A stretch of DNA of 64,000 bases from the NCBI RefSeq assembly GCF_009914755.1, contig NC_060934.1. One strand, 5' to 3'. Under the pieces are notes generated by a model. The model worked only from the letters and a program-made list of their open reading frames with translations. It ran no database searches and had not been told where the DNA came from. Made by a program: the position numbers and the translations under genes. This document shows positions 38,401 to 51,561 of this stretch, in pieces. Source of the stretch: the human T2T-CHM13v2.0 reference genome, Homo sapiens. How positions within the stretch are numbered: position 1 is the stretch's first letter; the number at the start of each line of letters is the position of its first letter.

Positions 38401-41400
38401 GAAACACTCTTTTTGTGGAATTTGCTAGTGTAGATTTCAAACGCTTCGAAGACAGTGATAGAAAAGGATATATCTTCGTATTAAAAGTAGACAAAATCAT
38501 TCTCAGAAAACTCTTTGTGATTTGTGTGTTCAACTCACAGAGTTTAACCTTTCTTTTCATAGAGCAGTTTGGAAACACTCTGTTTGTAAAGCCTGCAAGT
38601 GCTTTTTTGGACTTCATTGAGGCCTTCGTTGGAAACGGGATTTCTTCATACAACGCTAGACAGAAGAATTCTCAGTAACTTCTTTGTGTTGTGTGTATTC
38701 AACTCACAGAGTTGAACCTTTCTTTAGAGAGAGCAGAGTTGAAACACTCTGTTTTTGGAATTTGCAACTGCAGATTTCAAGCGATTCTAGGCCTATGGCA
38801 GAAAAGGAAATATCTTCGTATAAAAACTACACAGAATCATTCTCAACAACTACTTTGTGATGTGTGTGTTCAACTCACAGAGTTTAACCTTTCTTTTCAT
38901 AGAGCAGTTTGGAAACACTCTGTTTGTAAAGCCTGCAAGTGCTTTTTTGAACTTCATTGAGGCCTTCGTTGGAAACGGGATTTCTTCATACAACGCTAGA
39001 CAGAAGAATTCTCAGTAACTTCTTTGTGTTGTGTGTATTCAACTCACAGAGTTGAATCTTCCTTTAGAGAGAGCAGAGTTGAAACACTCTGTTTTTGGAA
39101 TTTGCAAGTGCAGATTTCAAGCGCTTCTAGGCCTATGGCAGAAAAGGAAATATCTTCGTATAAAAACTACACAGAATCATTCTCAACAACTACTTTGTGA
39201 TGTGTGCGTTCAACTCACAGAGTTTAACCTTTCTTTTCATAGAGCAGTTTGGAAACACTCTGTTTGTAAAGCCTGCAAGTGCTTTTTTGGACTTCATTGA
39301 GGCCTTCGTTGGAAACGGGATTTCTTCATATAATGCTAGACAGAAGAATTCTCAGTCACTTCTTTGTGTTGTGTGTATTCAAGTCACAGAGTTGAACCTT
39401 CCTTTAGACAGAGCAGTTTTGAAAAATTCTTTCTGTGGAGTTTGCAAGTGGAGATTTCAAGCGATTTGAGGCTAATCTTTGAAATGGAAATATCTTCGTG
39501 TAAAAACTACACAGAATCATTCTCAGAAACTGCTTTGTCATCTGTGCGTTCAGTTCACAGAGTTTCACCTTTCTCTTCATAGAGCAGTTTGGAAAGACTC
39601 TGTCTGTAAAGTCTGCAAGTGATTAGTTAGACCCCTTTGAGGCCTTCGTTGGAAGCGGGATTTCTCATTTACTGCTAGACAGAAGAATTCTCAGTAAATC
39701 CTTTGTGTTGTGTGTATTCAACTCACAGAGTGGAACCTTCCTTTATTCAGAGCAGTTTTGAAAAACACTTTTTGTGGAATTTGCAAGTGGAGATTTCAAG
39801 CGATTTGACGCCAATCTTAGACATGGAAATATCTTCATATTAAAAGTACACAGAGTCATTCGTAGAAACTAGATTGTGATGTGTGCCTTCAACTCACAGA
39901 GTTTAACCTTTCTTTTCATAGAGCAGTTTGGAAACACTCTATTTGTAAAGTCTGCAAGTGGATATTTGGACCTCTTTGAGGCCTTCGTTGGAAACGGGAT
40001 TTCTTCATACAACGCTAGACAGAAGAATTCTCAGTAACTTCTTTGTGTTGTGTGTATTCAACTCACAGAGTTGAACCTTTCTTTAGAGAGAGCAGAGTTG
40101 AAACACTCTGTTTTTGGAATTTGCAACTGCAGATTTCAAGCGATTCTAGGCCTATGGCAGAAAAGGAAATATCTTCGTATAAAAACTACACAGAATCATT
40201 CTCAACAACTACTTTGTGATGTGTGCGTTCAACTCACAGAGTTTAACCTTTCTTTTCATAGAGCAGTTTGGAAACACTCTGTTTGTAAAGCCTGCAAGTG
40301 CTTTTTTGGACTTCATTGAGGCCTTCGTTGGAAACGGGATTTCTTCATATAATGCTAGACAGAAGAATTCTCAGTCACTTCTTTGTGTTGTGTGTATTCA
40401 AGTCACAGAGTTGAACCTTCCTTTAGACAGAGCAGTTTTGAAAAATTCTTTCTGTGTAATTTGCAAGTGGAGATTTCAAGCGATTTGAGGCTAATCTTTG
40501 AAATGGAAATATCTTCGTGTAAAAACTACACAGAATCATTCTCAGAAACTGCTTTGTCATCTGTGCGTTCAGTTCACAGAGTTTCACCTTTCTCTTCATA
40601 GAGCAGTTTGGAAAGACTCTGTCTGTAAAGTCTGCAAGTGATTAGTTAGACCCCTTTGAGGCCTTCGTTGGAAGCGGGATTTCTCATTTACTGCTAGACA
40701 GAAGAATTCTCAGTAAATCCTTTGTGTTGTGTGTATTCAACTCACAGAGTGGAACCTTCCTTTATTCAGAGCAGTTTTGAAACACTCTTTTTGTGCAATT
40801 TGCAAGTGGAGATTTCAAGCGATTTGACGCCAATCTTAGACATGGAAATATCTTCATATTAAAAGTACACAGAGTCATTCGTAGAAACTAGTTTGTGATG
40901 TGTGCCTTCAACTCACAGAGTTTAACCTTTCTTTTCATAGAGCAGTTGGGAAACACTCTATTTGTAAAGTCTGCAAGTGGATATTTGGACCTCTTTGAGG
41001 CCTTCGTTGGAAACGGGATTTCTTCATATAACGCTAGACAGAAGAATTCTCAGTAACTTCTTTGTGTTGTGTGTATTCAACTCACAGAGTTGAACCTTTC
41101 TTTAGAGGGAGCAGAGGTGAAACACTCTTTTTGTGGAATTTGCTAGTGTAGATTTCAAACGCTTCGAAGACAGTGATAGAAAAGGATATATCTTCGTATT
41201 AAAAGTAGACAAAATCATTCTCAGAAAACTCTTTGTGATTTGTGTGTTCAACTCACAGAGTTTAACCTTTCTTTTCATAGAGCAGTTTGGAAACACTCTG
41301 TTTGTAAAGCCTGCAAGTGCTTTTTTGGACTTCATTGAGGCCTTCGTTGGAAACGGGATTTCTTCATACAACGCTAGACAGAAGAATTCTCAGTAACTTC

Positions 41401-44400
41401 TTTGTGTTGTGTGTATTCAACTCACAGAGTTGAACCTTTCTTTAGAGAGAGCAGAGTTGAAACACTCTGTTTTTGGAATTTGCAATTGCAGATTTCATGC
41501 GCTTCTAGGCCTATGGCAGAAAAGGAAATATCTTCGTATAAAAACTACACAGAATCATTCTCAACAACTACTTTGTGATGTGTGCGTTCAACTCACAGAG
41601 TTTAACCTTTCTTTTCATAGAGCAGTTTGGAAACACTCTGTTTGTAAAGCCTGCAAGTGCTTTTTTGGACTTCATTGAGGCCTTCGTTGGAAACGGGATT
41701 TCTTCATACAACGCTAGACAGAAGAATTCTCAGTAACTTCTTTGTGTTGTGTGTATTCAACTCACAGAGTTGAACCTTCCTTTAGAGAGAGCAGAGTTGA
41801 AACACTCTGTGTTTGGAATTTGCAAGTGCAGATTTCAAGCGCTTCTAGGCCTATGGCAGAAAAGGAAATATCTTCGTATAAAAACTACACAGAATCATTC
41901 TCAACAACTACTTTGTGATGTGTGCGTTCAACTCACAGAGTTTAACCTTTCTTTTCATAGAGCAGTTTGGAAACACTCTGTTTGTAAAGCCTGCAAGTGC
42001 TTTTTTGGACTTCATTGAGGCCTTCGTTGGAAACGGGATTTCTTCATATAATGCTAGACAGAAGAATTCTCAGTCACTTCTTTGTGTTGTGTGTATTCAA
42101 GTCACAGAGTTAAAACTTCCTTTAGACAGAGCAGTTTTGAAAAATTCTTTCTGTGGAATTTGCAAGTGGAGATTTCAAGCGATTTGAGGCTAATCTTTGA
42201 AATGGAAATATCTTCGTGTAAAAACTACACAGAATCATTCTCAGAAACTGCTTTGTCATCTGTGCGTTCAGTTCACAGAGTTTCACCTTTCTCTTCATAG
42301 AGCAGTTTGGAAAGACTCTGTCTGTAAAGTCTGCAAGTGATTAGTTAGACCCCTTTGAGGCCTTCGTTGGAAGCGGGATTTCTCATTTACTGCTAGACAG
42401 AAGAATTCTCAGTAAATCCTTTGTGTTGTGTGTATTCAACTCACAGAGTGGAACCTTCCTTTATTCAGAGCAGTTTTGAAACACTCTTTTTGTGCAATTT
42501 GCAAGTGGAGATTTCAAGCGATTTGACGCCAATCTTAGACATGGAAATATCTTCATATTAAAAGTACACAGAGTCATTCGTAGAAACTAGTTTGTGATGT
42601 GTGCCTTCAACTCACAGAGTTTAACCTTTCTTTTCATAGAGCAGTTTGGAAACACTCTATTTGTAAAGTCTGCAAGTGGATATTTGGACCTCTTTGAGGT
42701 CTTCGTTGGAAACGGGATTTCTTCATATAACGCTAGACAGAAGAATTCTCAGTAACTTCTTTGTGTTGTGTGTATTCAACTCACAGAGTTGAACCTTTCT
42801 TTAGAGGGAGCAGAGGTGAAACACTCTTTTTGTGGAATTTGCTAGTGTAGATTTCAAACGCTTCGAAGACAGTGATAGAAAAGGATATATCTTCGTATTA
42901 AAAGTAGACAAAATCATTCTCAGAAAACTCTTTGTGATGTGTGTGTTCAACTCACAGAGTTTAACCTTTCTTTTCATAGAGCAGTTTGGAAACACTCTGT
43001 TTGTAAAGCCTGCAAGTGCTTTTTTGGGCTTCATTGAGGCCTTCGTTGGAAACGGGATTTCTTCATACAACGCTAGACAGAAGAATTCTCAGTAACTTCT
43101 TTGTGTTGTGTGTATTCAACTCACAGAGTTGAACCTTTCTTTAGAGAGAGCAGAGTTGAAACACTCTGTTTTTGGAATTTGCAATTGCAGATTTCAAGCG
43201 CTTCTAGGCCTATGGCAGAAAGGGAAATATCTTCGTATAAAAACTACACAGAATCATTCTCAACAACTACTTTGTGATGTGTGCGTTCAACTCACAGAGT
43301 TTAACCTTTCTTTTCATAGAGCAGTTTGGAAACACTCTGTTTGTAAAGCCTGCAAGTGCTTTTTTGGACTTCATTGAGGCCTTCGTTGGAAACGGGATTT
43401 CTTCATACAACGCTAGACAGAAGAATTCTCAGTAACTTCTTTGTGTTGTGTGTATTCAACTCACAGAGTTGAACCTTCCTTTAGAGAGAGCAGAGTTGAA
43501 ACACTCTGTTTTTGGAATTTGCAAGTGCAGATTTCAAGCGCTTCTAGGCCTATGGCAGAAAAGGAAATATCTTCGTATAAAAACTACACAGAATCATTCT
43601 CAACAACTACTTTGTGATGTGTGCGTTCAACTCACAGAGTTTAACCTTTCTTTTCATAGAGCAGTTTGGAAACACTCTGTTTGTAAAGCCTGCAAGTGCT
43701 TTTTTGGACTTCATTGAGGCCTTCGTTGGAAACGGGATTTCTTCATATAATGCTAGACAGAAGAATTCTCAGTCACTTCTTTGTGTTGTGTGTATTCACG
43801 TCACAGAGTTGAACCTTCCTTTAGACAGAGCAGTTTTGAAAAATTCTTTCTGTGGAGTTTGCAAGTGGAGATTTCAAGCGATTTGAGGCTAATCTTTGAA
43901 ATGGAAATATCTTCGTGTAAAAACTACACAGAATCATTCTCAGAAACTGCTTTGTCATCTGTGCGTTCAGTTCACAGAGTTTCACCTTTCTCTTCATAGA
44001 GCAGTTTGGAAAGACTCTGTCTGTAAAGTCTGCAAGTGATTAGTTAGACCCCTTTGAGGCCTTCGTTGGAAGCGGGATTTCTCATTTACTGCTAGACAGA
44101 AGAATTCTCAGTAAATCCTTTGTGTTGTGTGTATTCAACTCACAGAGTGGAACCTTCCTTTATTCAGAGCAGTTTTGAAAAACACTTTTTGTGGAATTTG
44201 CAAGTGGAGATTTCAAGCGATTTGACGCCAATCTTAGACATGGAAATATCTTCATATTAAAAGTACACAGAGTCATTCGTAGAAACTAGTTTGTGATGTG
44301 TGCCTTCAACTCACAGAGTTTAACCTTTCTTTTCATAGAGCAGTTTGGAAACACTCTATTTGTAAAGTCTGCAAGTGGATATTTGGACCTCTTTGAGGCC

Positions 44401-47400
44401 TTCGTTGGAAACGGGATTTCTTCATACAACGCTAGACAGAAGAATTCTCAGTAACTTCTTTGTGTTGTGTGTATTCAACTCACAGAGTTGAACCTTTCTT
44501 TAGAGAGAGCAGAGTTGAAACACTCTGTTTTTGGAATTTGCAACTGCAGATTTCAAGCGATTCTAGTCCTATGGCAGAAAAGGAAATATCTTCGTATAAA
44601 AACTACACAGAATCATTCTCAACAACTACTTTGTGATGTGTGCGTTCAACTCACAGAGTTTAACCTTTCTTTTCATAGAGCAGTTTGGAAACACTCTGTT
44701 TGTAAAGCCTGCAAGTGCTTTTTTGGACTTCATTGAGGCCTTCGTTGGAAACGGGATTTCTTCATATAATGCTAGACAGAAGAATTCTCAGTCACTTCTT
44801 AGTGTTGTGTGTATTCAAGTCACAGAGTTGAACCTTCCTTTAGACAGAGCAGTTTTGAAAAATTCTTTCTGTGTAATTTGCAAGTGGAGATTTCAAGCGA
44901 TTTGAGGCTAATCTTTGAAATGGAAATATCTTCGTGTAAAAACTACACAGAATCATTCTCAGAAACTGCTTTGTCATCTGTGCGTTCAGTTCACAGAGTT
45001 TCACCTTTCTCTTCATAGAGCAGTTTGGAAAGACTCTGTCTGTAAAGTCTGCAAGTGATTAGTTAGACCCCTTTGAGGCCTTCGTTGGAAGCGGGATTTC
45101 TCATTTACTGCTAGACAGAAGAATTCTCAGTAAATCCTTTGTGTTGTGTGTATTCAACTCACAGAGTGGAACCTTCCTTTATTCAGAGCAGTTTTGAAAC
45201 ACTCTTTTTGTGCAATTTGCAAGTGGAGATTTCAAGCGATTTGACGCCAATCTTAGACATGGAAATATCTTCATATTAAAAGTACACAGAGTCATTCGTA
45301 GAAACTAGTTTGTGATGTGTGCCTTCAACTCACAGAGTTTAACCTTTCTTTTCATAGAGCAGTTGGGAAACACTCTATTTGTAAAGTCTGCAAGTGGATA
45401 TTTGGACCTCTTTGAGGCCTTCGTTGGAAACGGGATTTCTTCATATAACGCTAGACAGAAGAATTCTCAGTAACTTCTTTGTGTTGTGTGTATTCAACTC
45501 ACAGAGTTGAACCTTTCTTTAGAGGGAGCAGAGGTGACACACTCTTTTTGTGGAATTTGCTAGTGTAGATTTCAAACGCTTCGAAGACAGTGATAGAAAA
45601 GGATATATCTTCGTATTAAAAGTAGACAAAATCATTCTCAGAAAACTCTTTGTGATTTGTGTGTTCAACTCACAGAGTTTAACCTTTCTTTTCATAGAGC
45701 AGTTTGGAAACACTCTGTTTGTAAAGCCTACAAGTGCTTTTTTGGACTTCATTGAGGCCTTCGTTGGAAACGGGATTTCTTCATACAACGCTAGACAGAA
45801 GAATTCTCAGTAACTTCTTTGTGTTGTGTGTATTCAACTCACAGAGTTGAATCTTCCTTTAGAGAGAGCAGAGTTGAAACACTCTGTTTTTGGAATTTGC
45901 AAGTGCAGATTTCAAGCGCTTCTAGGCCTATGGCAGAAAAGGAAATATCTTCGTATAAAAACTACACAGAATCATTCTCAACAACTACTTTGTGATGTGT
46001 GCGTTCAACTCACAGAGTTTAACCTTTCTTTTCATAGAGCAGTTTGGAAACACTCTGTTTGTAAAGCCTGCAAGTGCTTTTTTGGACTTCATTGAGGCCT
46101 TCGTTGGAATCGGGATTTCTTCATATAATGCTAGACAGAAGAATTCTCAGTCACTTCTTTGTGTTGTGTGTATTCAAGTCACAGAGTTGAACCTTCCTTT
46201 AGACAGAGCAGTTTTGAAAAATTCTTTCTGTGGAGTTTGCAAGTGGAGATTTCAAGCGATTTGAGGCTAATCTTTGAAATGGAAATATCTTCGTGTAAAA
46301 ACTACACAGAATCATTCTCAGAAACTGCTTTGTCATCTGTGCGTTCAGTTCACAGAGTTTCACCTTTCTCTTCATAGAGCAGTTTGGAAAGACTCTGTCT
46401 GTAAAGTCTGCAAGTGATTAGTTAGACCCCTTTGAGGCCTTCGTTGGAAGCGGGATTTCTCATTTACTGCTAGACAGAAGAATTCTCAGTAAATCCTTTG
46501 TGTTGTGTGTATTCAACTCACAGAGTGGAACCTTCCTTTATTCAGAGCAGTTTTGAAAAACACTTTTTGTGGAATTTGCAAGTGGAGATTTCAAGCGATT
46601 TGACGCCAATCTTAGACATGGAAATATCTTCATATTAAAAGTACACAGAGTCATTCGTAGAAACTAGTTTGTGATGTGTGCCTTCAACTCACAGAGTTTA
46701 ACCTTTCTTTTCATAGAGCAGTTTGGAAACACTCTATTTGTAAAGTCTGCAAGTGGATATTTGGACCTCTTTGAGGCCTTCGTTGGAAACGGGATTTCTT
46801 CATACAACGCTAGACAGAAGAATTCTCAGTAACTTCTTTGTGTTGTGTGTATTCAACTCACAGAGTTGAACCTTTCTTTAGAGAGAGCAGAGTTGAAACA
46901 CTCTGTTTTTGGAATTTGCAACTGCAGATTTCAAGCGATTCTAGGCCTATGGCAGAAAAGGAAATATCTTCGTATAAAAACTACACAGAATCATTCTCAA
47001 CAACTACTTTGTGATGTGTGCGTTCAACTCACAGAGTTTAACCTTTCTTTTCATAGAGCAGTTTGGAAACACTCTGTTTGTAAAGCCTGCAAGTGCTTTT
47101 TTGGACTTCATTGAGGCCTTCGTTGGAAACGGGATTTCTTCATATAATGCTAGACAGAAGAATTCTCAGTCACTTCTTTGTGTTGTGTGTATTCAAGTCA
47201 CAGAGTTGAACCTTCCTTTAGACAGAGCAGTTTTGAAAAATTCTTTCTGTGTAATTTGCAAGTGGAGATTTCAAGCGATTTGAGGCTAATCTTTGAAATG
47301 GAAATATCTTCGTGTAAAAACTACACAGAATCATTCTCAGAAACTGCTTTGTCATCTGTGCGTTCAGTTCACAGAGTTTCACCTTTCTCTTCATAGAGCA

Positions 47401-50400
47401 GTTTGGAAAGACTCTGTCTGTAAAGTCTGCAAGTGATTAGTTAGACCCCTTTGAGGCCTTCGTTGGAAGCGGGATTTCTCATTTACTGCTAGACAGAAGA
47501 ATTCTCAGTAAATCCTTTGTGTTGTGTGTATTCAACTCACAGAGTGGAACCTTCCTTTATTCAGAGCAGTTTTGAAACACTCTTTTTGTGCAATTTGCAA
47601 GTGGAGATTTCAAGCGATTTGACGCCAATCTTAGACATGGAAATATCTTCATATTAAAAGTACACAGAGTCATTCGTAGAAACTAGTTTGTGATGTGTGC
47701 CTTCAACTCACAGAGTTTAACCTTTCTTTTCATAGAGCAGTTGGGAAACACTCTATTTGTAAAGTCTGCAAGTGGATATTTGGACCTCTTTGAGGCCTTC
47801 GTTGGAAACGGGATTTCTTCATATAACGCTAGACAGAAGAATTCTCAGTAACTTCTTTGTGTTGTGTGTATTCAACTCACAGAGTTGAACCTTTCTTTAG
47901 AGGGAGCAGAGGTGAAACACTCTTTTTGTGGAATTTGCTAGTGTAGATTTCAAACGCTTCGAAGACAGTGATAGAAAAGGATATATCTTCGTATTAAAAG
48001 TAGACAAAATCATTCTCAGAAAACTCTTTGTGATTTGTGTGTTCAACTCACAGAGTTTAACCTTTCTTTTCATAGAGCAGTTTGGAAACACTCTGTTTGT
48101 AAAGCCTGCAAGTGCTTTTTTGGACTTCATTGAGGCCTTCGTTGGAAACGGGATTTCTTCATACAACGCTAGACAGAAGAATTCTCAGTAACTTCTTTGT
48201 GTTGTGTGTATTCAACTCACAGAGTTGAACCTTTCTTTAGAGAGAGCAGAGTTGAAACACTCTGTTTTTGGAATTTGCAACTGCAGATTTCAAGCGATTC
48301 TAGGCCTATGGCAGAAAAGGAAATATCTTCGTATAAAAACTACACAGAATCATTCTCAACAACTACTTTGTGATGTGTGTGTTCAACTCACAGAGTTTAA
48401 CCTTTCTTTTCATAGAGCAGTTTGGAAACACTCTGTTTGTAAAGCCTGCAAGTGCTTTTTTGAACTTCATTGAGGCCTTCGTTGGAAACGGGATTTCTTC
48501 ATACAACGCTAGACAGAAGAATTCTCAGTAACTTCTTTGTGTTGTGTGTATTCAACTCACAGAGTTGAATCTTCCTTTAGAGAGAGCAGAGTTGAAACAC
48601 TCTGTTTTTGGAATTTGCAAGTGCAGATTTCAAGCGCTTCTAGGCCTATGGCAGAAAAGGAAATATCTTCGTATAAAAACTACACAGAATCATTCTCAAC
48701 AACTACTTTGTGATGTGTGCGTTCAACTCACAGAGTTTAACCTTTCTTTTCATAGAGCAGTTTGGAAACACTCTGTTTGTAAAGCCTGCAAGTGCTTTTT
48801 TGGACTTCATTGAGGCCTTCGTTGGAAACGGGATTTCTTCATATAATGCTAGACAGAAGAATTCTCAGTCACTTCTTTGTGTTGTGTGTATTCAAGTCAC
48901 AGAGTTGAACCTTCCTTTAGACAGAGCAGTTTTGAAAAATTCTTTCTGTGGAGTTTGCAAGTGGAGATTTCAAGCGATTTGAGGCTAATCTTTGAAATGG
49001 AAATATCTTCGTGTAAAAACTACACAGAATCATTCTCAGAAACTGCTTTGTCATCTGTGCGTTCAGTTCACAGAGTTTCACCTTTCTCTTCATAGAGCAG
49101 TTTGGAAAGACTCTGTCTGTAAAGTCTGCAAGTGATTAGTTAGACCCCTTTGAGGCCTTCGTTGGAAGCGGGATTTCTCATTTACTGCTAGACAGAAGAA
49201 TTCTCAGTAAATCCTTTGTGTTGTGTGTATTCAACTCACAGAGTGGAACCTTCCTTTATTCAGAGCAGTTTTGAAAAACACTTTTTGTGGAATTTGCAAG
49301 TGGAGATTTCAAGCGATTTGACGCCAATCTTAGACATGGAAATATCTTCATATTAAAAGTACACAGAGTCATTCGTAGAAACTAGATTGTGATGTGTGCC
49401 TTCAACTCACAGAGTTTAACCTTTCTTTTCATAGAGCAGTTTGGAAACACTCTATTTGTAAAGTCTGCAAGTGGATATTTGGACCTCTTTGAGGCCTTCG
49501 TTGGAAACGGGATTTCTTCATACAACGCTAGACAGAAGAATTCTCAGTAACTTCTTTGTGTTGTGTGTATTCAACTCACAGAGTTGAACCTTTCTTTAGA
49601 GAGAGCAGAGTTGAAACACTCTGTTTTTGGAATTTGCAACTGCAGATTTCAAGCGATTCTAGGCCTATGGCAGAAAAGGAAATATCTTCGTATAAAAACT
49701 ACACAGAATCATTCTCAACAACTACTTTGTGATGTGTGCGTTCAACTCACAGAGTTTAACCTTTCTTTTCATAGAGCAGTTTGGAAACACTCTGTTTGTA
49801 AAGCCTGCAAGTGCTTTTTTGGACTTCATTGAGGCCTTCGTTGGAAACGGGATTTCTTCATATAATGCTAGACAGAAGAATTCTCAGTCACTTCTTTGTG
49901 TTGTGTGTATTCAAGTCACAGAGTTGAACCTTCCTTTAGACAGAGCAGTTTTGAAAAATTCTTTCTGTGTAATTTGCAAGTGGAGATTTCAAGCGATTTG
50001 AGGCTAATCTTTGAAATGGAAATATCTTCGTGTAAAAACTACACAGAATCATTCTCAGAAACTGCTTTGTCATCTGTGCGTTCAGTTCACAGAGTTTCAC
50101 CTTTCTCTTCATAGAGCAGTTTGGAAAGACTCTGTCTGTAAAGTCTGCAAGTGATTAGTTAGACCCCTTTGAGGCCTTCGTTGGAAGCGGGATTTCTCAT
50201 TTACTGCTAGACAGAAGAATTCTCAGTAAATCCTTTGTGTTGTGTGTATTCAACTCACAGAGTGGAACCTTCCTTTATTCAGAGCAGTTTTGAAACACTC
50301 TTTTTGTGCAATTTGCAAGTGGAGATTTCAAGCGATTTGACGCCAATCTTAGACATGGAAATATCTTCATATTAAAAGTACACAGAGTCATTCGTAGAAA

Positions 50401-51561
50401 CTAGTTTGTGATGTGTGCCTTCAACTCACAGAGTTTAACCTTTCTTTTCATAGAGCAGTTGGGAAACACTCTATTTGTAAAGTCTGCAAGTGGATATTTG
50501 GACCTCTTTGAGGCCTTCGTTGGAAACGGGATTTCTTCATATAACGCTAGACAGAAGAATTCTCAGTAACTTCTTTGTGTTGTGTGTATTCAACTCACAG
50601 AGTTGAACCTTTCTTTAGAGGGAGCAGAGGTGAAACACTCTTTTTGTGGAATTTGCTAGTGTAGATTTCAAACGCTTCGAAGACAGTGATAGAAAAGGAT
50701 ATATCTTCGTATTAAAAGTAGACAAAATCATTCTCAGAAAACTCTTTGTGATTTGTGTGTTCAACTCACAGAGTTTAACCTTTCTTTTCATAGAGCAGTT
50801 TGGAAACACTCTGTTTGTAAAGCCTGCAAGTGCTTTTTTGGACTTCATTGAGGCCTTCGTTGGAAACGGGATTTCTTCATACAACGCTAGACAGAAGAAT
50901 TCTCAGTAACTTCTTTGTGTTGTGTGTATTCAACTCACAGAGTTGAACCTTTCTTTAGAGAGAGCAGAGTTGAAACACTCTGTTTTTGGAATTTGCAATT
51001 GCAGATTTCATGCGCTTCTAGGCCTATGGCAGAAAAGGAAATATCTTCGTATAAAAACTACACAGAATCATTCTCAACAACTACTTTGTGATGTGTGCGT
51101 TCAACTCACAGAGTTTAACCTTTCTTTTCATAGAGCAGTTTGGAAACACTCTGTTTGTAAAGCCTGCAAGTGCTTTTTTGGACTTCATTGAGGCCTTCGT
51201 TGGAAACGGGATTTCTTCATACAACGCTAGACAGAAGAATTCTCAGTAACTTCTTTGTGTTGTGTGTATTCAACTCACAGAGTTGAACCTTCCTTTAGAG
51301 AGAGCAGAGTTGAAACACTCTGTGTTTGGAATTTGCAAGTGCAGATTTCAAGCGCTTCTAGGCCTATGGCAGAAAAGGAAATATCTTCGTATAAAAACTA
51401 CACAGAATCATTCTCAACAACTACTTTGTGATGTGTGCGTTCAACTCACAGAGTTTAACCTTTCTTTTCATAGAGCAGTTTGGAAACACTCTGTTTGTAA
51501 AGCCTGCAAGTGCTTTTTTGGACTTCATTGAGGCCTTCGTTGGAAACGGGATTTCTTCATA
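32491..51561 (+). repeat. Tandem duplication, period 9513 bp (56 monomers)
   Basis: Every ORF from 32569 to 41749 recurs 9513 bp later with the same variant residues. At least 13 rare SNPs are paired (see findings). Confidence 0.93.
42022..42038 (+). other. CENP-B box (representative; one box position per ~340-bp dimer throughout the window)
   Basis: CTTCGTTGGAAACGGGA matches the 17-bp CENP-B binding motif with core nTTCGnnnnAnnCGGGn. Dimer B carries CTTCGTTGGAAGCGGGA, which also fits the core. Confidence 0.97.
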
